Part shown: piece after piece, positions 1-14,015 of the stretch | How positions within the stretch are numbered: position 1 is the stretch's first letter | Layout of the letters: every line of letters begins with the position of its first letter | Origin: Eledone cirrhosa | Taxonomy: Eukaryota | DNA length: 64,000 nt | Assembly: GCA_964016885.1 (NCBI GenBank) | Contig: OZ024743.1 | Span: forward strand, 41,416,001 to 41,480,000 | Direction of reading: 5' to 3' | Translations under genes and position numbers: made by a program | Notes under the pieces: generated by a model | Databases searched by the model: none | Told to the model about the DNA's origin: nothing | What the model saw: only the letters and a program-made list of their open reading frames with translations

Positions 1-1860
1 TGTGTGGTTGTATATTTTGGATATGCTATGAACCAAATTCTCTGACTTCCATGTGGGTCCCTAGCACTAGGATGGTCTGGCTCTACAGAGCTATAAACCT
101 GACTCCGGCATTTATGTCGTTATCCAAAATTTAATAACAAACTTACATAACCTAAGATTCAAAATTACCGTATCCATCTATCTCACGACCACCAAATTTC
201 TAGATGTCAACTTCGATCTACACACACGCACGCACACACACACACACTCAGACACACGCACCCCCCACCCCACCCCCCACAGACACAAGCATACACTCAC
301 ACATACAGGCGCACACACATATACATACATATATACACACACAAACGATTCGAAAAACCAAACGAAAAAGTTAGATCCATTCACAAGAGTTCCTGCCACA
401 CAATTTGTAAATAAACCTAGTTAATTACATTAGTAAAAGGATCTCTAATCTTACATCCAAGAAGCCCTTTTCGATATGGCAACTCCTTATTATACCAATA
501 CCCTAGCCAACATCGACTTCATGTTTTACTTACTTGATTAGCAATATGGAACTACCAATCGATTATATGAAGTAAAAAATATGTATGGTTTACACACCGC
601 TTCTATCTCAATCGTATGAACAAAGAAGGAAATAAAGGTTAGCTCTCATAGATAAACATTTTTCTATACGCCATATGTATGGACAAAAATGTAACGGTTT
701 CACGGTAACTCTCGGCTTTTTCTTGTGCAAAAGCTATAGAATCCAGCATCATTGCAATCCCAGGAGCTCTCCTGCACGTTGTTAAATATGCAGAAGCCCG
801 GACATATGACCTTTCGTGCAAGAATGGAACATACCTACCATACTATATAAAGAAGAGGTCACTTCGACCCAACCGAACCAACATTAAATAAAAGGACCTA
901 TGTGGTAATCTTGGATGGTCGCTTTACAAACTGTTTACTTAAACATGATTAGACATTCAGGGATCCAGGCAAAAGATGAACCCTCAACGATAGCGGCACG
1001 AACGTTTCCAATGAATTCAGGATTCGGGAAAGATCTAGATTTTTTCAAATGGAACATTCTAAAAATGTTTCATTCCACAAATCATGAAAGCAGACTTCTC
1101 CATCATCTGCGACACATGTCCAAATATAATCTAAAAGAAACTGGAAACATCCGGACTAACAATATCACACATAGATCTCAGACGACACTCCTTAAAATAT
1201 TTTACCTCACTTTGGGAACACTCAATTTCTATAAAATCTTCAATATTAAAAAGCTCTTTTAATATGATCACCCAGTAAGCCACATAATGTATTCCCAATT
1301 CTTTTATTCCTCTAGCCTCCCCATTTATGTACACATTTTCCTATATTATCTCTAACATTATATAGTTCCTAATAATATTATTAGAAAAAAAAACTTTTTT
1401 TTCTAAATAATCCACCATCACTCACTACATAACGCCAACGTTATGTCCCTTTATCTGAAATTTTACGTAAAACAGAGCAAAAAGGATTACCTTACTTTAC
1501 ACACAATTCACTACATAACTAATTCCTAATTATCACCCCTTTCTTTAGTACTCTTCTATTAAGGAGAAATGAACAAACACAACCATTCCAAAATGACCGG
1601 GCTGAGGATTTGTGTAAGTCAAACTGACGAAGTTAAACTTGGCATAATTACACTATATAAAAAAAACTTACCTGATCACATAATTTTAAATCATTAATTT
1701 TTAGTTTTTAATTCTTATTAATTATTTTTAATTGTAAAACTTAACATTTGATAAGATGAAATATACTAATACATCGAAACCGGTTATACTTTATATAATT
1801 TATATACATTATAAAACTCTTTTTTAACAGAATTTTTTCTCTCATTTGTTCAATAATGTC
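1..1860 (+). mobile_element. Decayed Penelope-like element (RT C-terminal half, probable degenerate endonuclease and 3' region)
   Basis: Manual translation from about 70 gives DGLALQ...KITVSIYLTTTKFLDVNFDL; after a (CA)n insert comes RFEKPNEKVRSIHKSSCH...SKRISNLTS...FDMATPYYTNTLAN. This follows the PLE RT pattern YRDDGL...NFLDVTFDL...PYRKPN...YIH..SNHP. A degenerate ATGA...CGAAACCGGT motif lies at about 1755-1785. The 3' extent is approximate. Confidence 0.65.
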
Positions 1861-1952
1861 ATTTTGACGAATCAGAGAAATGAAAAAAAAAAGAAAAACA
1901 GACCCTGAAATATATTTTCCGTGCTATTTCCAATTTCACCTTCTCCCCTCCT

Positions 1953-2320
<368 letters not shown>

Positions 2321-2406
2321 ATCCTTATCGAGCCCTCTTTGGATTTTAGTCTTCACATTTATTATTATTACTATATATAAATATAAAAATATATATATAT
2401 ATATAT

Positions 2407-2441
<35 letters not shown>

Positions 2442-3036
2442 GAGGGAGAGAGAGAGAGTGAGAGAGAGAGAGACAGAGATAGATAGATATAGTTTTAAAA
2501 GGACAAACAAACGCATGTGTCAATTGTACATAGTTGTATTAGGTTCACGCTTGGTGAGATTGGGGCAACTTATATACAAATACATGTATGAAGAACGTAT
2601 ATATAAGAACGTATATATATATATATACACACACACATATGATAACACTTTTTCTAAATAAACATAAAAGCGTCGATAGAGTTAAAATAATTTTAGAAAT
2701 GGAAACGCGGCTTCAATATTTATTTACAAAAATGTTCTCATATGAAATGCTAATATTTAGAGCTATACAATACTGTATCTGTTGTCAGGGGTCGTTTAGA
2801 TAAGTGGTACAGAGCGCTCAGCCGGATTTGAGAGGTACTGTGTACGATTTTTTGTAGTAGCTACAACCAACTTTATCCATTTATTGGGCCATTTTTGTCC
2901 GATTCTCTGAAACTGCATTCTCAGCTTATCTCCAACGTTCTTCATACATGTATTTGTATATAAGTTGTCCCAATCTCACCAAGCGTGAACCTAATACAAC
3001 TATGTACAATTGACACCTGCGTTCGTTTGACCTTTT

Positions 3037-3086
<50 letters not shown>

Positions 3087-3152
3087 ATATATATATATAG
3101 TAATAATAATAAATGTGAAGACTAAAATCCAAAGAGGGCTCGATAAGGATAA
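2321..3152. repeat. Inverted repeat pair (2321-2598 / 2935-3152) with internal microsatellites
   Basis: caattgtacatagttgtattaggttcacgcttggtgagattggg at 2521 recurs reverse-complemented at about 2968-3012; atccttatcgagccctctttggattttagtcttcac at 2321 recurs reverse-complemented at 3115-3150. Confidence 0.9.
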
Positions 3153-3251
3153 ATATATATCAAATATATAAGAACTCTAAAGCAGATATTTATTAAACTA
3201 ACAGATTAAAGGGTGAAAGCAACGATACTTCGCTTAAATTTTAATCTGTTA

Positions 3252-3289
<38 letters not shown>

Positions 3290-3291
<2 letters not shown>

Positions 3292-3412
3292 TTCATCCCG
3301 GGTTCAATCGGGGGTAACCTCAGCAAGTAAGGTACTGAAAACATAGCAGAGTATAAATATTTAATATAGAAATGGCTTCAACAGGACTAGAACTGCTTCA
3401 TTCGGGAGACAT
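3290..3412 (-). repeat. Dispersed repeat shared with 45361-45495 (PLE pLTR-like)
   Basis: acaggactagaactgcttcattcgggag (3381) is the reverse complement of ctcccgaatgaagcagttctagtcctgt (45363); both copies are flanked by (TA)n. Confidence 0.75.
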
Positions 3413-3621
3413 CATCATATATATATATGAATATATCTGATTATGTGTGAATGTTTCTATATTTACATTCATACAAGGATAATCATACAGGTCTATATAC
3501 AAGCATGAAATCCATACAACACACTTCTAGAGAACCATAATTTTGATTAAGAAACTGCAAGCATTGAGATGTAAGCGTTGTTGTCGTTGGAGTTATGTTC
3601 ATTCTTGTCACATATGACCCT

Positions 3622-3661
3622 ATTGTTGCTGCTGTTGCTGCTACTACTGCTGCTGCTGCTT

Positions 3662-3717
<56 letters not shown>

Positions 3718-3766
3718 GCTGCTGGTGATGCTGCTGCTACTGCTACTGCCGTTGCTACTACTGATG

Positions 3767-3823
<57 letters not shown>

Positions 3824-3976
3824 TTAACACTACTACTACTGCTACTACTATTGCTGCTGCTGCTGCTGCTCTACTACTACTACTAATTCTACTTCTACTA
3901 CTACTTCTGCTGCTGCTACTGCTACTACTACTACTACTACCACCACAACCACTACTACTACTACTATTACTACTAT

Positions 3977-4009
<33 letters not shown>

Positions 4010-4070
4010 CACTACTACTACTATCACTACTACTACTACCACTACCACCACCACCAACACCAACACCACC

Positions 4071-4110
<40 letters not shown>

Positions 4111-4285
4111 CTACTACTACTACTACTCCTACTACCACCACTACTACAAACACCACCACCACCACCACCACAACCACTACTACCACCACCACCACCACCA
4201 CCACCACCACCACCGCAACCACTACTACTACCACCACCACCACCACCACCACCACCACCACCACCACCACCACCACCACCACCAA

Positions 4286-4320
<35 letters not shown>

Positions 4321-4340
4321 TTACTACTACTACTACTACT
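3622..4340. repeat. Compound (CTA)n/(CTG)n/(CCA)n trinucleotide microsatellite
   Basis: Direct reading of the sequence. Confidence 0.97.
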
Positions 4341-4354
4341 TGACAGGTTACGTT

Positions 4355-4536
4355 GGATTGGCAGTATCGTTAGAGTGTCGGACGCCATGCTTTCCAGCAT
4401 AGTTACGTCCCTTTACGATCTGAGTTCAAATCCCGCCGGGGTTGACTTTGCCTTTCATCCTTACGGGGTCGATAAAATAAAGTACCAGTAATGCACTGGG
4501 TATTTGCTGGCCTTGTGCCAAAAGTAGAAACAATAA
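4355..4536 (+). mobile_element. tRNA-derived SINE (dominant family of the window)
   Basis: A-box-like TGGCAGTATCG, B-box GAGTTCAAATCC, core gcctttcatccttacggggtcgataaaataaagtaccagt, and 3' end gctggccttgtgccaaaagtagaaacaat; about 20 copies in the window. Confidence 0.9.
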
Positions 4537-4599
4537 GGATGGGGTTTCACATATAAATGAGAAAGCAAACAATACTCCAACGGTCACTTTTCAATTACT

Positions 4600-4615
4600 T
4601 CTCTCCCTCTATATG

Positions 4616-4703
<88 letters not shown>

Positions 4704-4800
4704 CCTATATATCTATCTATCGATCGATCTATATCTCTATCTCTCTGTCACTCTCTCTCTTTATCTCTCTCTCTTTCTCTCACTCTATCTCTCTATCTAT

Positions 4801-4834
<34 letters not shown>

Positions 4835-4901
4835 CTTTCTCTCTATCTCTCTCTCTCTCATACACTCACTCTCTCGCTCTCACTCTCTGCCTCTCTCGCT
4901 T

Positions 4902-4934
<33 letters not shown>

Positions 4935-6260
4935 CTCCCCCTGTCTGCTGCCGTTCTTCTTCTTGTCATTACTGTCTCTGTTGCTATTTGCTGCCGATAT
5001 TTGGACGAAGCTCGGTGGGGTGGGGAACAAGAGTGGGGAGTGTGTTGGTGATTATGATTGTGATGACGATGATAATGGTGATGATGATGGTGGTGATGGT
5101 GATGGTTATGATGATTATGATTATAATGGTGATGATGATGGTGGTGATGGTGATGGTGATGATGATTATGATTATGATGGTGATGACGATGATAATGCTG
5201 ATGATGATGATGGTGGTGATGGTGATGGTGATGATGATTATGATGATGATATTGACGATGATGATTTTTTTTTTATGATGATGAGAATGTTGTGCTGATG
5301 ATGAGGGTGATGATGATGATGGGGATGATGATGATGATGGTGATGGTTATGATAGTGATGGTTATGATAGTGATGGTTATGATAGTGATGGTTATGATAG
5401 TGGTTCTGCTGCTGGAGCTGTTGATGAATATGATGATGATAAGGAGGAGGAGGAAGTGGATGTGGAGGGAGGCGAGGTCGGTGGTGGTGACAGTGGGGGT
5501 GTCGGTGGTTGCGGAGGTGGTGACGGTGGGGGTGTCGGTGGTTGCGGAGGTGGTGGTGGTGGTAATGGTGGTGTTAGAGGTGGTAATGGTAGTGGTAGTG
5601 GCGGTGGTGGTGGTGGTAGTGATGGTGGTTTTAGTGGTGGTGATGGTGGTGGTATTGGTGGTGGTGGTGGTGGTGGTAATGGTAGTGGTAGTGGCGGTGG
5701 TGGTGGTGGTAGTGGTGGTGGTGTTAGTGGTGGTGGTGGTGGAGGTGGTGGTGGTATTGGTGGTGGTGGTGGTGGTGGTGGTGGTGGAGGTGGTGATGTT
5801 GGTAATGGTAGTGGTAGTGGTGCTGGTGGTAGTGGTGGTGGTGGTAGTGGTGCTGGTGGAGGTGGTGGTGGTGGTAATGATAATGGTAGTGGTGGTGGTT
5901 GTGCTGGTAGTGGTGGTAGTGTTGGTGGTGTTAGTGGTGGTGGTGGTAGTGGTGGTGGTGGTGGAGGTGGTGGTGGTGGTATTGGTGGTGGTCGTCGTGG
6001 TGGTGGTGTAGGTGGTGATGGTGGTAATGGTTGTGGTGGTGGTGACGGTGATGGTGGTGGAAGATAATGCTCGTGTTTGTAAACACAGCAAGGATTATTG
6101 TACCTGTGTTGTTTGCCAACACTGATGTTGTTGACATTATTGGTGTGGAAGTGACGACGGTGGCGGTGAGTGGTGGTGGTAGTGGTGGTGGAGAGTGATG
6201 ATGGTAGTGCTGGTAGTGGTGGTGGTGGTGGCAGTGTTAGTGGTAGTGGCGGTAGTGGAG
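4600..6260. repeat. (TC)n/(TA)n/(TCTA)n followed by (GAT)n and (GGT)n degenerate microsatellites
   Basis: Direct reading of the sequence. Confidence 0.95.
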
Positions 6261-6539
6261 GAGAGTGATGATGGAATGGACAAGATATGATGATGGTGAT
6301 GGGGAGGTAGGGATGCGATGGTGAAGATAATGTCGTAATGGCAGATGTGGTATGTAGGTAGATTGTAGGTAGGAAGAAGATTGGTGCACAGGTAGATTAG
6401 TAGGTAAGTAGACAGGGCTATATAAAGGTAGATAGGCAGCTTGATGGGCTGCTTGGCTTGTATATAGGTAGGTGGGTATGTTAGTAAGTAGGCAGTTATA
6501 TAAGAAGATATATAACAAAGAAGGTGTGGTAAGACACCA

Positions 6540-6710
6540 TGTGGACCATAACGCACCAGAGTACTTGATACTTAGGGTAGTAGAGTGGGTTATAGGAAAA
6601 GAGTCAGGAGCCCCACGGCTGAGCTCCAGCCGTTTCGACAGCTAGATGTAGCTCTCAAATCTAACTGTCGAACCGGCCGTCTGGGTCCGGACACTTTTCA
6701 TAAGAAGATA
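6540..6710 (-). repeat. Dispersed repeat related to 19291-19470 and 20078-20316
   Basis: gtggaccataacgcaccagagtacttgatacttagggtagtagagtgggt is the near reverse complement of 20267-20316. Confidence 0.8.
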
Positions 6711-7170
6711 TATAGGTAAACAATTATTTATTAGATAGATGTCTATGTCCATGTAAACGGATCCTTAACCCTTCATGGAGACGTTGGGGTCCTGTCGTGA
6801 CGTGCAATGTGTTCGATATTGCAACCTTGTGGATGCCATCTATTTTACATATCTAGGGAGAGATAGACGTGGCTAAGATAGCAAGCGAAAGAGGAAAACA
6901 GAGAGGGAGTTAGATGAAAGATATAGAGGCTGCTACATTACTAGTATTCTAAAAGAAATGTGAGGGAACATTTAATTGTGTAACAATCGAGCTCCGAAGA
7001 GAGCTGGAACGAAATCCGCTACATATTCTATCCGTCGTTCAGACGATTCTGCCAATGTGCTGCCTATACTTTATGAGTTATTTAGTTAAATATTTAATTA
7101 GTTAGTAAAACAGATAAATAGAGGAGTGATGGAGTAAGAGAGAGAGAGAGAGGGAGAAATAGAGAGAGAT

Positions 7171-7229
<59 letters not shown>

Positions 7230-7247
7230 GTATTTATATATATATAA

Positions 7248-7371
<124 letters not shown>

Positions 7372-8099
7372 ATGGAATGTATAGAAGATGGACCGGTGTC
7401 TATGTGAGTAAGTAAATAGATAAATAGGTATGTAAGTAGAATGATAATGACATAGGTACCTTCTTAGGTCAATAATTAGGTAGTTAGGTAGGCGAATAGG
7501 TTGGTATGTAAATACGTAAATAGTTAGGTATATATGTATGTGTGTATGTATCTATGTAACGAAGTATGTTTGTATGTATATATATGTAGGAAGCTAGGTT
7601 GTTCGGAAGCTAGTAGGTAGGTTGTAAGTCGATATATAGATATGTATGGATGTAGATTGATAGATGGGTAAGCTGATATTTACACATATAGGCAGATAGC
7701 TATCTTTTTGTGTAGGTAGGTTGTCTCCCACGGAAAGGTGCTCTCGACCGCATCATCATGCTTGGTTCGGACACTTCAGGTTTATCACAACAGTTGGAAA
7801 CTTTCGGTTTGTCTGAATGAACGGCAAAACACAGAGATCAACACAATTTGTTCCGCTGAAGTAACTCCTCATATGGGGTTCGACATACAATGACACTTCT
7901 CCAGCAGCAACCTGACGAATTAGAGACTGACCCAGAAGATCGCAAGTTGTAAAAGTCGTTGCTGCTCTCCGACATGTTTATTATCGAACTTAGAGCGATG
8001 GAAATTCTGATATCCCGCCTCACTGAAGCACCTCGCTACTTACTGCAATCGGGACGACGTTAGTCATAGCATGAACTGGCCATAGAAACGTACATACAG

Positions 8100-8400
8100 G
8101 AGATGGCTGCCCCCTCGTTATTGAGTATGGCCATTGCACGATATAACATTGTTAATAATTATTAATTAATGTTATCGTGCAGATTTTTTTTGAAAGTGAG
8201 GGAAGACTGTGCACTGAGCCAATCCCACTCTTTGAGCGACAGTAGCTATAACCGGAAAAGAAGAAAAGATCAACATCGTCGGTAACTACTGAGCCTGTCG
8301 TTTTATGTCAGAGTTATCCCAGTTTCCTGTGTTGCCTTCTCCTAGAAGAATGCCCTGACAATTTCTAGAGGTCCTTTACTCCCAGTGGTTTAACCGCAAG
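8100..8400 (-). mobile_element. Non-autonomous RTE-derived element, subfamily A (partial)
   Basis: Near-identical to 10442-10750. The minus strand has ctaggagaaggcaac-like sequence typical of RTE 5'UTRs and ends ggggcagccat next to (ATGT)n. Confidence 0.7.
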
Positions 8401-8521
8401 AGCGGGTATCCAGCCCGATCATTTCTCTCCTCGCGCATATATTTAACCGTACGATCGGGTATCCAGCCCGATTATTTCTGCCCCCGCGCATATATATATA
8501 TATACATGCATACATGCATAC

Positions 8522-8573
<52 letters not shown>

Positions 8574-8826
8574 GCATACATGCACATATACATACGTACA
8601 TATATATATATATACATGGTTAGCTATACTCTTTGTTGTTCTCCTGTCTCACTCGCTTTACGCGTTTTAATTGTCCTAATAACTTATTTTAGTTATTATT
8701 GCACCGACGTGAGGTATATGATTTTTAATGCAATGAAATATCTATGATCGTCGGCAAATCACTGATGAGGGACTCATTTTATTACATGTTATCCATGCGC
8801 TACCTGCAGTATTTTTCTCCATATGT

Positions 8827-8885
<59 letters not shown>

Positions 8886-8900
8886 TATATACATACATAC

Positions 8901-8933
<33 letters not shown>

Positions 8934-8938
8934 AAAAA

Positions 8939-9180
8939 AGATGGAGGGTCTGTGGTTTTTCTCAGATGTGAGAAAAACCACAGACCCTCCATCTCAACTC
9001 TACTTTTGAAAAGCAGAAGAACTGCGAAACCGGTAAAGGAACCAAATAAATATATATATATATATTTTTTTAAAATAAGACTCCAGTTGCATTTTCGATT
9101 TCATCTGTTCTTCTTTACACTTTCACTCGTGTAGGACACCTCGGTTATTTTTCATTTTGCAAAAAAATCTCACTTTCTAA
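8939..9180 (+). mobile_element. 5'-truncated PLE pLTR with a 26-bp fold-back at its 5' end; 3' end in (TA)n
   Basis: 8963-9180 matches 47266-47480; arms 8939-8964 / 8969-8994 are perfect with loop GATG. Confidence 0.9.
9003..9038 (+). ncRNA. Hammerhead ribozyme, U3-A8 core variant
   Basis: CTT TTGAAAA GCAG aagaa CTGC GAAAC CG GTA AAG; identical at 47306-47341. Confidence 0.7.
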
Positions 9181-9188
9181 TATATATG

Positions 9189-9266
<78 letters not shown>

Positions 9267-9282
9267 CACATGTTTGGATATC

Positions 9283-9975
9283 TGTTGACTCATGAGTTCT
9301 TCCGCCCTTTGTCAGGTTTTGTTTTTTGTCCTGCATGGTGTCCAAAACTCCCCTCCTCACCAAGTAAACACTCACATACATACGTACGTATATATATACA
9401 TGGCCACTTTCGCTTTTCGATACGGCTACTACTTTATATCCATGTAGGAGAACGCCTACTGATGCGCTGAACGAGTATGACTTTTTAGTCAAGCCAGCGA
9501 CTTGAAAACTCTGGTACAAACACTACACTTGTGCCAATTATTGACACATAGTGCTGGGCCCATGGTACCATGTGACGATAAGTGCAGAGAGATCTCCAGA
9601 TATAAAGCAATGCCTGTGCCGTGAAGCTTTTATAGTGAGCAAAGGCACTGCACAAAGCCAGTCCCACTCTCTTAACCAATAGGATATTTACCAAAAAGAA
9701 TAACAAGTCAACATCATTGGATACCATCAGGGTTGCAGGTGTTATATCAGAGTTTTCCTTCTCCTAGAATTCTGCCTTGACAAAGGCTAAGGGGTCATCT
9801 CTCCCGGTGATTTTGGATGGCCATTGACTCTTAAGAGTTCCTTTGCCCTTTGACAGGTTTTGTTTTTTGTCCTGCAGGATGTCCAAAGTCACCCTCCTCA
9901 TCAAGAAACCTTGGTGGGGTTGCCAGTATATTGGCCAACGATACGACCATGAGACAGGTTGTACTGGGATACATG

Positions 9976-9978
<3 letters not shown>
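9283..9978 (-). mobile_element. Non-autonomous bipartite RTE elements, subfamily B (9400-9978 plus fragment 9283-9375)
   Basis: Matches 34665-35100; contains an RTE-type 5'UTR and a 3' segment encoding a decayed C2H2-like motif; flanked by (TACA)n. Confidence 0.7.
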
Positions 9979-10006
<28 letters not shown>

Positions 10007-10441
10007 CATACATACATACATACATACATACATACATACATACTTACATTGATAATGTCTGCAACTCAATTTCGAGTAATGACATCGTTTGTTACCTAAG
10101 CATGAGCATCATGGTGTGGCTTTTGAGTCATGCAACTTACTTGCCTATGGGCAGCAATGACATGCATCGCAAAAAATGTCACATATCAAGCGATGGCTGT
10201 GCTTGAAACTTTGTTAAATGAGGAAAGGCTTTGCACGGGGCCAAACGCACTTTCTAAACATGGAATGAATTTGCCATAAAAGAAGAATTGGTCTACATCA
10301 TTGGATGTAAACGAATTTGAAGGTTTTACATCAAAGTGACCTTCTCCTAGAGAGTTGTCTTAATGGAGACTAGGAATCTCTCGCTCTACAAAAGAAATAT
10401 ACATACATACACACACACACATTCATACATGCATAAACGCA

Positions 10442-10975
10442 TGATGGCTGCCCCTCCTTATCGAGTATGGCCATTGCACGATATACCATTATTAATAACT
10501 ATTAACTAATTCTATCGTGCAATGCCGGTGCGTGAAGATTTTTTTTTAGTGAGGAAAGATTGTGCACTGAGCCAATCCCACTCTCTGAGCGACAGTAGCT
10601 ATAATCCGAAAAGAAGAAAAGATCAACATCATTGGTAACTACTGAGCCGCAGGTTTTATATCGGAGTTATCCCAGTTTCCTGAGTTGCCTTCTCCTAGAA
10701 GAATGCCCTGACAAAGGCTAGGGGTCCTTCAATCCCAGTGGTTTAACCGCGCGGTACATGTCTATATACATATGTACACACTTTCGGATGGCCGTTGACT
10801 CTTATGAGTACTTCCACCCTTTGTCTCCTTTTGTTTTTTGTCCTGCAGGGTGTCCCCAAATCCCCCCCCCCACCAGGTAAACTTGGTGGGGTTGCCGGTT
10901 TGTCACCGACGACCCAACCATGCGAAAGGTTGTACTGGCTTATATGTTACCATTAGCACTCAAGAGTGACCCGAC
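10442..10975 (-). mobile_element. Non-autonomous bipartite RTE element, subfamily A, between (TACA)n-like tracts
   Basis: Its 5' part is homologous to 34925-35100 and its 3' part to 8100-8400; internal 12-bp stem cattgcacgata/tatcgtgcaatg. Confidence 0.7.
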
Positions 10976-11814
10976 ATACATTCATACATACATTCATACA
11001 TACATTCATACATACATTGATACACATATATATATATATAGAGTCCACTTTAAAATATACGTTTTTATTTGTGTATGATTGTATCAGTAATACCTTAAAC
11101 TAAGTGTAAAATTGGGTTATGTGGAATGCCTCCAGATGTGTATTAATGAATACTGGTACATACAAATAAAGCAAAATCATAACTACAGGTAGACAGGTAC
11201 GTACATAGGTTGATAGGCAAATAGCTAGATCGATAGGTATATATGTTGGCAAGTATTTACGTTATTAGGGAGATATGTAACTAGGTGATAGTAGTTTATT
11301 AGAGAGGTAAACACGTAGAGTGACGGCGCGTGGCTGAGAAGCAAGGGTGTTCGGCTCATCATTGTAGGTTGGGAAGCTCGATTCTGAGCGGTACTTTCTG
11401 TCCTTGAGCGCTGTACTTTATGTTGTACTGCTAAACTCAGCTGGCAAAATGAATTATACATGTAATTCAAAGAACCAGCGTTGTCACGCTGAAGCTCCCT
11501 GAGATCTACGTTAAGGGTACGCATTGGAGGAATGCTGAGTCACTTGAAGGTTAAAATTACGAACAGGCTGTTCCAGTGATAGTATCAACTGGAACAATCA
11601 TCATCGTAATCGACGGATGTTCAATAACAACGGCATCATTTAGTTAGCTAGTAGATAGGTAGGCGGGTAGGCAGATAGGTAAATAGGTAGGAAAGCTGGT
11701 AAATTCGGCTAGTTTGATGTTAACTAGGTAGTGGCAATATTGCAACCGTGCGTACCTGTAGTAGTAGTAGTAGTAGTAGTAGTAGTACTAGTAGTAGTAG
11801 TAGTAGTAGTAGTG

Positions 11815-11908
<94 letters not shown>

Positions 11909-12179
11909 CAGTGGTATTGTTTCTGATAGTGGTCGCACGTCGTCACAGCAGGCGGCAGTAGCAACAGTAGCAGTAGCAACAGTCGAAGTAGAAGTAGGAG
12001 TAGTTGGATAAAGAGAGTTGGAGATGAATAAAAAGGAGGAGACATTGTGTTTGTTAAGAGAAGCTGCACAAGAAGGTGGAGGTTTGACTTAGTAGCGGTG
12101 GCAGTAGCAAGAATAGGTAGTTGTGTTGGTAGAAGTAGGAGTAATGATGTTCGTATTAGGGGAGGGGGTAACGTCGTTC

Positions 12180-12552
12180 GTAAAGGTAGTGGCGGTGGTA
12201 GTGGTGCTGATGGAGGTGATACTAACGTTTTGGAAGAGGTGGTAAGGTGGTAGTGGTAAAGGTAGTGGTGGTAGTGGTGCTGATGGAGGTGATACTAACG
12301 TTTTGGAAGAGGTGGTAAGGTGGTAGTGGTAAAGGTAGTGGTGGTAGTGGTGCTGATGGAGGTGATACTAACGTTTTGGAAGAGGTGGTAAGGTGGTAGT
12401 GGTAAAGGTAGTGGTGGTAGTGGTGCTGATGGAGGTGATACTAACGTTTTGGAAGCGGTGGTAAGGTGGTAGTGATGGTGTTAGTGGTAAAGGTAGTGGT
12501 GGTAGTGGTGTTGATGGAGGTGATACTAACGTTTTGGAAGTGGTGGTAAGGT
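12180..12552. repeat. 73-bp minisatellite, about 5 copies
   Basis: ggtgatactaacgttttggaag recurs at 12215, 12288, 12361, 12434 and 12519. Confidence 0.92.
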
Positions 12553-13414
12553 GAAAGTGATGGTCGTACTGGTAATGGTAGCGGTGGTAGTGGTGTTGAT
12601 GCAGAGTGACAGTAACGTTGTTGGTCGTGCTGGTTCTAGTGATAGTGATGGAAGTAGCATCAGAAGTGGTGGCAATAGAGCTGTGGTGGTAGTGGTGGTA
12701 GGGGTAGTGGTTATGGTGGTGGTGGCAATAGAGCGGTGGTGGTAGTGGTGGTAGGGGTAGTGGTTATGGTGGTGGTGGCAATAGAGCGGTGGTGGTAGTG
12801 GTGGTAGTGCTGATGGTGGTGGTGGCGGCAATAGAGTGGTGGTGGTAGTGGTAGTGATGGTGGTGGTGGTGGTGGTGGTAGTGGTAGTGATCCTGTTAAT
12901 ATTGTTGGAAGTGGTCGCGGTTTGGTAGTGCCGATGGTTGTAGCAGTGATAGTGGTGGCGATGGTAGCAGGGCTAATGTTTGTGGTGATGGTGGTGGTGG
13001 GGATATCAAAATGACACAGGTAGCATAATAGTAGTAGTAGTAGTAGTAGTGGTTGGTGGTTGGAGTAGTATTGTAGTTAGTAGTCGTGGTGGTGCTGGTA
13101 GTGGTGGCGGTAGCAATAACACTGTTAGATATCGAGCAGGTAGTATAAATAGTAGCAATGGTGGTAGTATGTGTGGTATTGGTGACAGCGGTGGTTGCAG
13201 TTGTGGTGTTAGTGGCGATCGTATTAGTGACATATGTGATAGTGGTGGTGTTTGTAGTATTGGTGACAGTTTTAGTAGTGGTGAAGGGGCAGTAGCAATG
13301 GTATGGATGGTGGCTGAAGTGAGTGCTGTTGTCATGGTGGTAGCGGTGGTGATATTGACGACGATGGTGATGATGGATGTGGTGGACGATGTTCTGATGG
13401 TGGAAGTGGTGTCG

Positions 13415-13582
13415 GCAGTGATGTTGGTGTTGACAGTGGTGGCGGTGGTGTTGATGTTGGTTGTGGTTGTTGTGGCGGTAGTGATGTTGGTGTTGACAGT
13501 GGTGGCGGTGGTGTTGATGTTGGTTGTGGTTGTTGTGGCGGTAGTGATGTTGGTGTTGACAGTGGTGGCGGTGGTGTTGATG
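13415..13582. repeat. 63-bp tandem repeat, about 2.7 copies
   Basis: gttgacagtggtggcggtggtgttgatg at about 13429, 13492 and 13555. Confidence 0.88.
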
Positions 13583-13984
13583 GTGTTGCTGGTGGTGGCG
13601 GCAGTGCTGGAATATGATTACTGAAAGGGGGAGTGGTCTCTAAATCAGTGGGTGTTCATATTTTAGTTGTTGGTAGTAGTAGTAGTAGTAGCAGTAGTAG
13701 TAGTAGTAGTAGTAGTAGTATATGTTGTGGTGGCGGCAGCAATAGTGTTAGCATTTGTTTTAACCACTGTTTGTCCCTAGTCAAGTAGATCTATGAATAA
13801 AAGCATTCCAGCCATGACCATCTCGAATTACCACCACCCTCCTTTGTATTGAATCAAGGACAACATTATCTAAAATCTTATTAGACGTTCGGATGCGATT
13901 TAAGGGAGATTTAGCTGCTATTTCTAACAAGCAAAAGCAACAGGTTGTAGCTTCCCAACAGTTGTTATGATGATGACATTAGTT

Positions 13985-14015
<31 letters not shown>

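Noticed and set aside
4355-4440. tRNA gene calls at SINE heads
   Set aside because: A and B boxes are present, but no cloverleaf was evident and each continues into the same SINE body.
3483-6137. Long ORFs of poly-Ser/Gly/Thr/Val/Leu/Asp
   Set aside because: They are stop-free frames of trinucleotide microsatellites, open on both strands, with no domain content.
12180-12552. Regularly spaced repeat suggestive of a CRISPR array
   Set aside because: The intervening sequences are identical (plain tandem minisatellite), the context is eukaryotic, and there are no cas genes.
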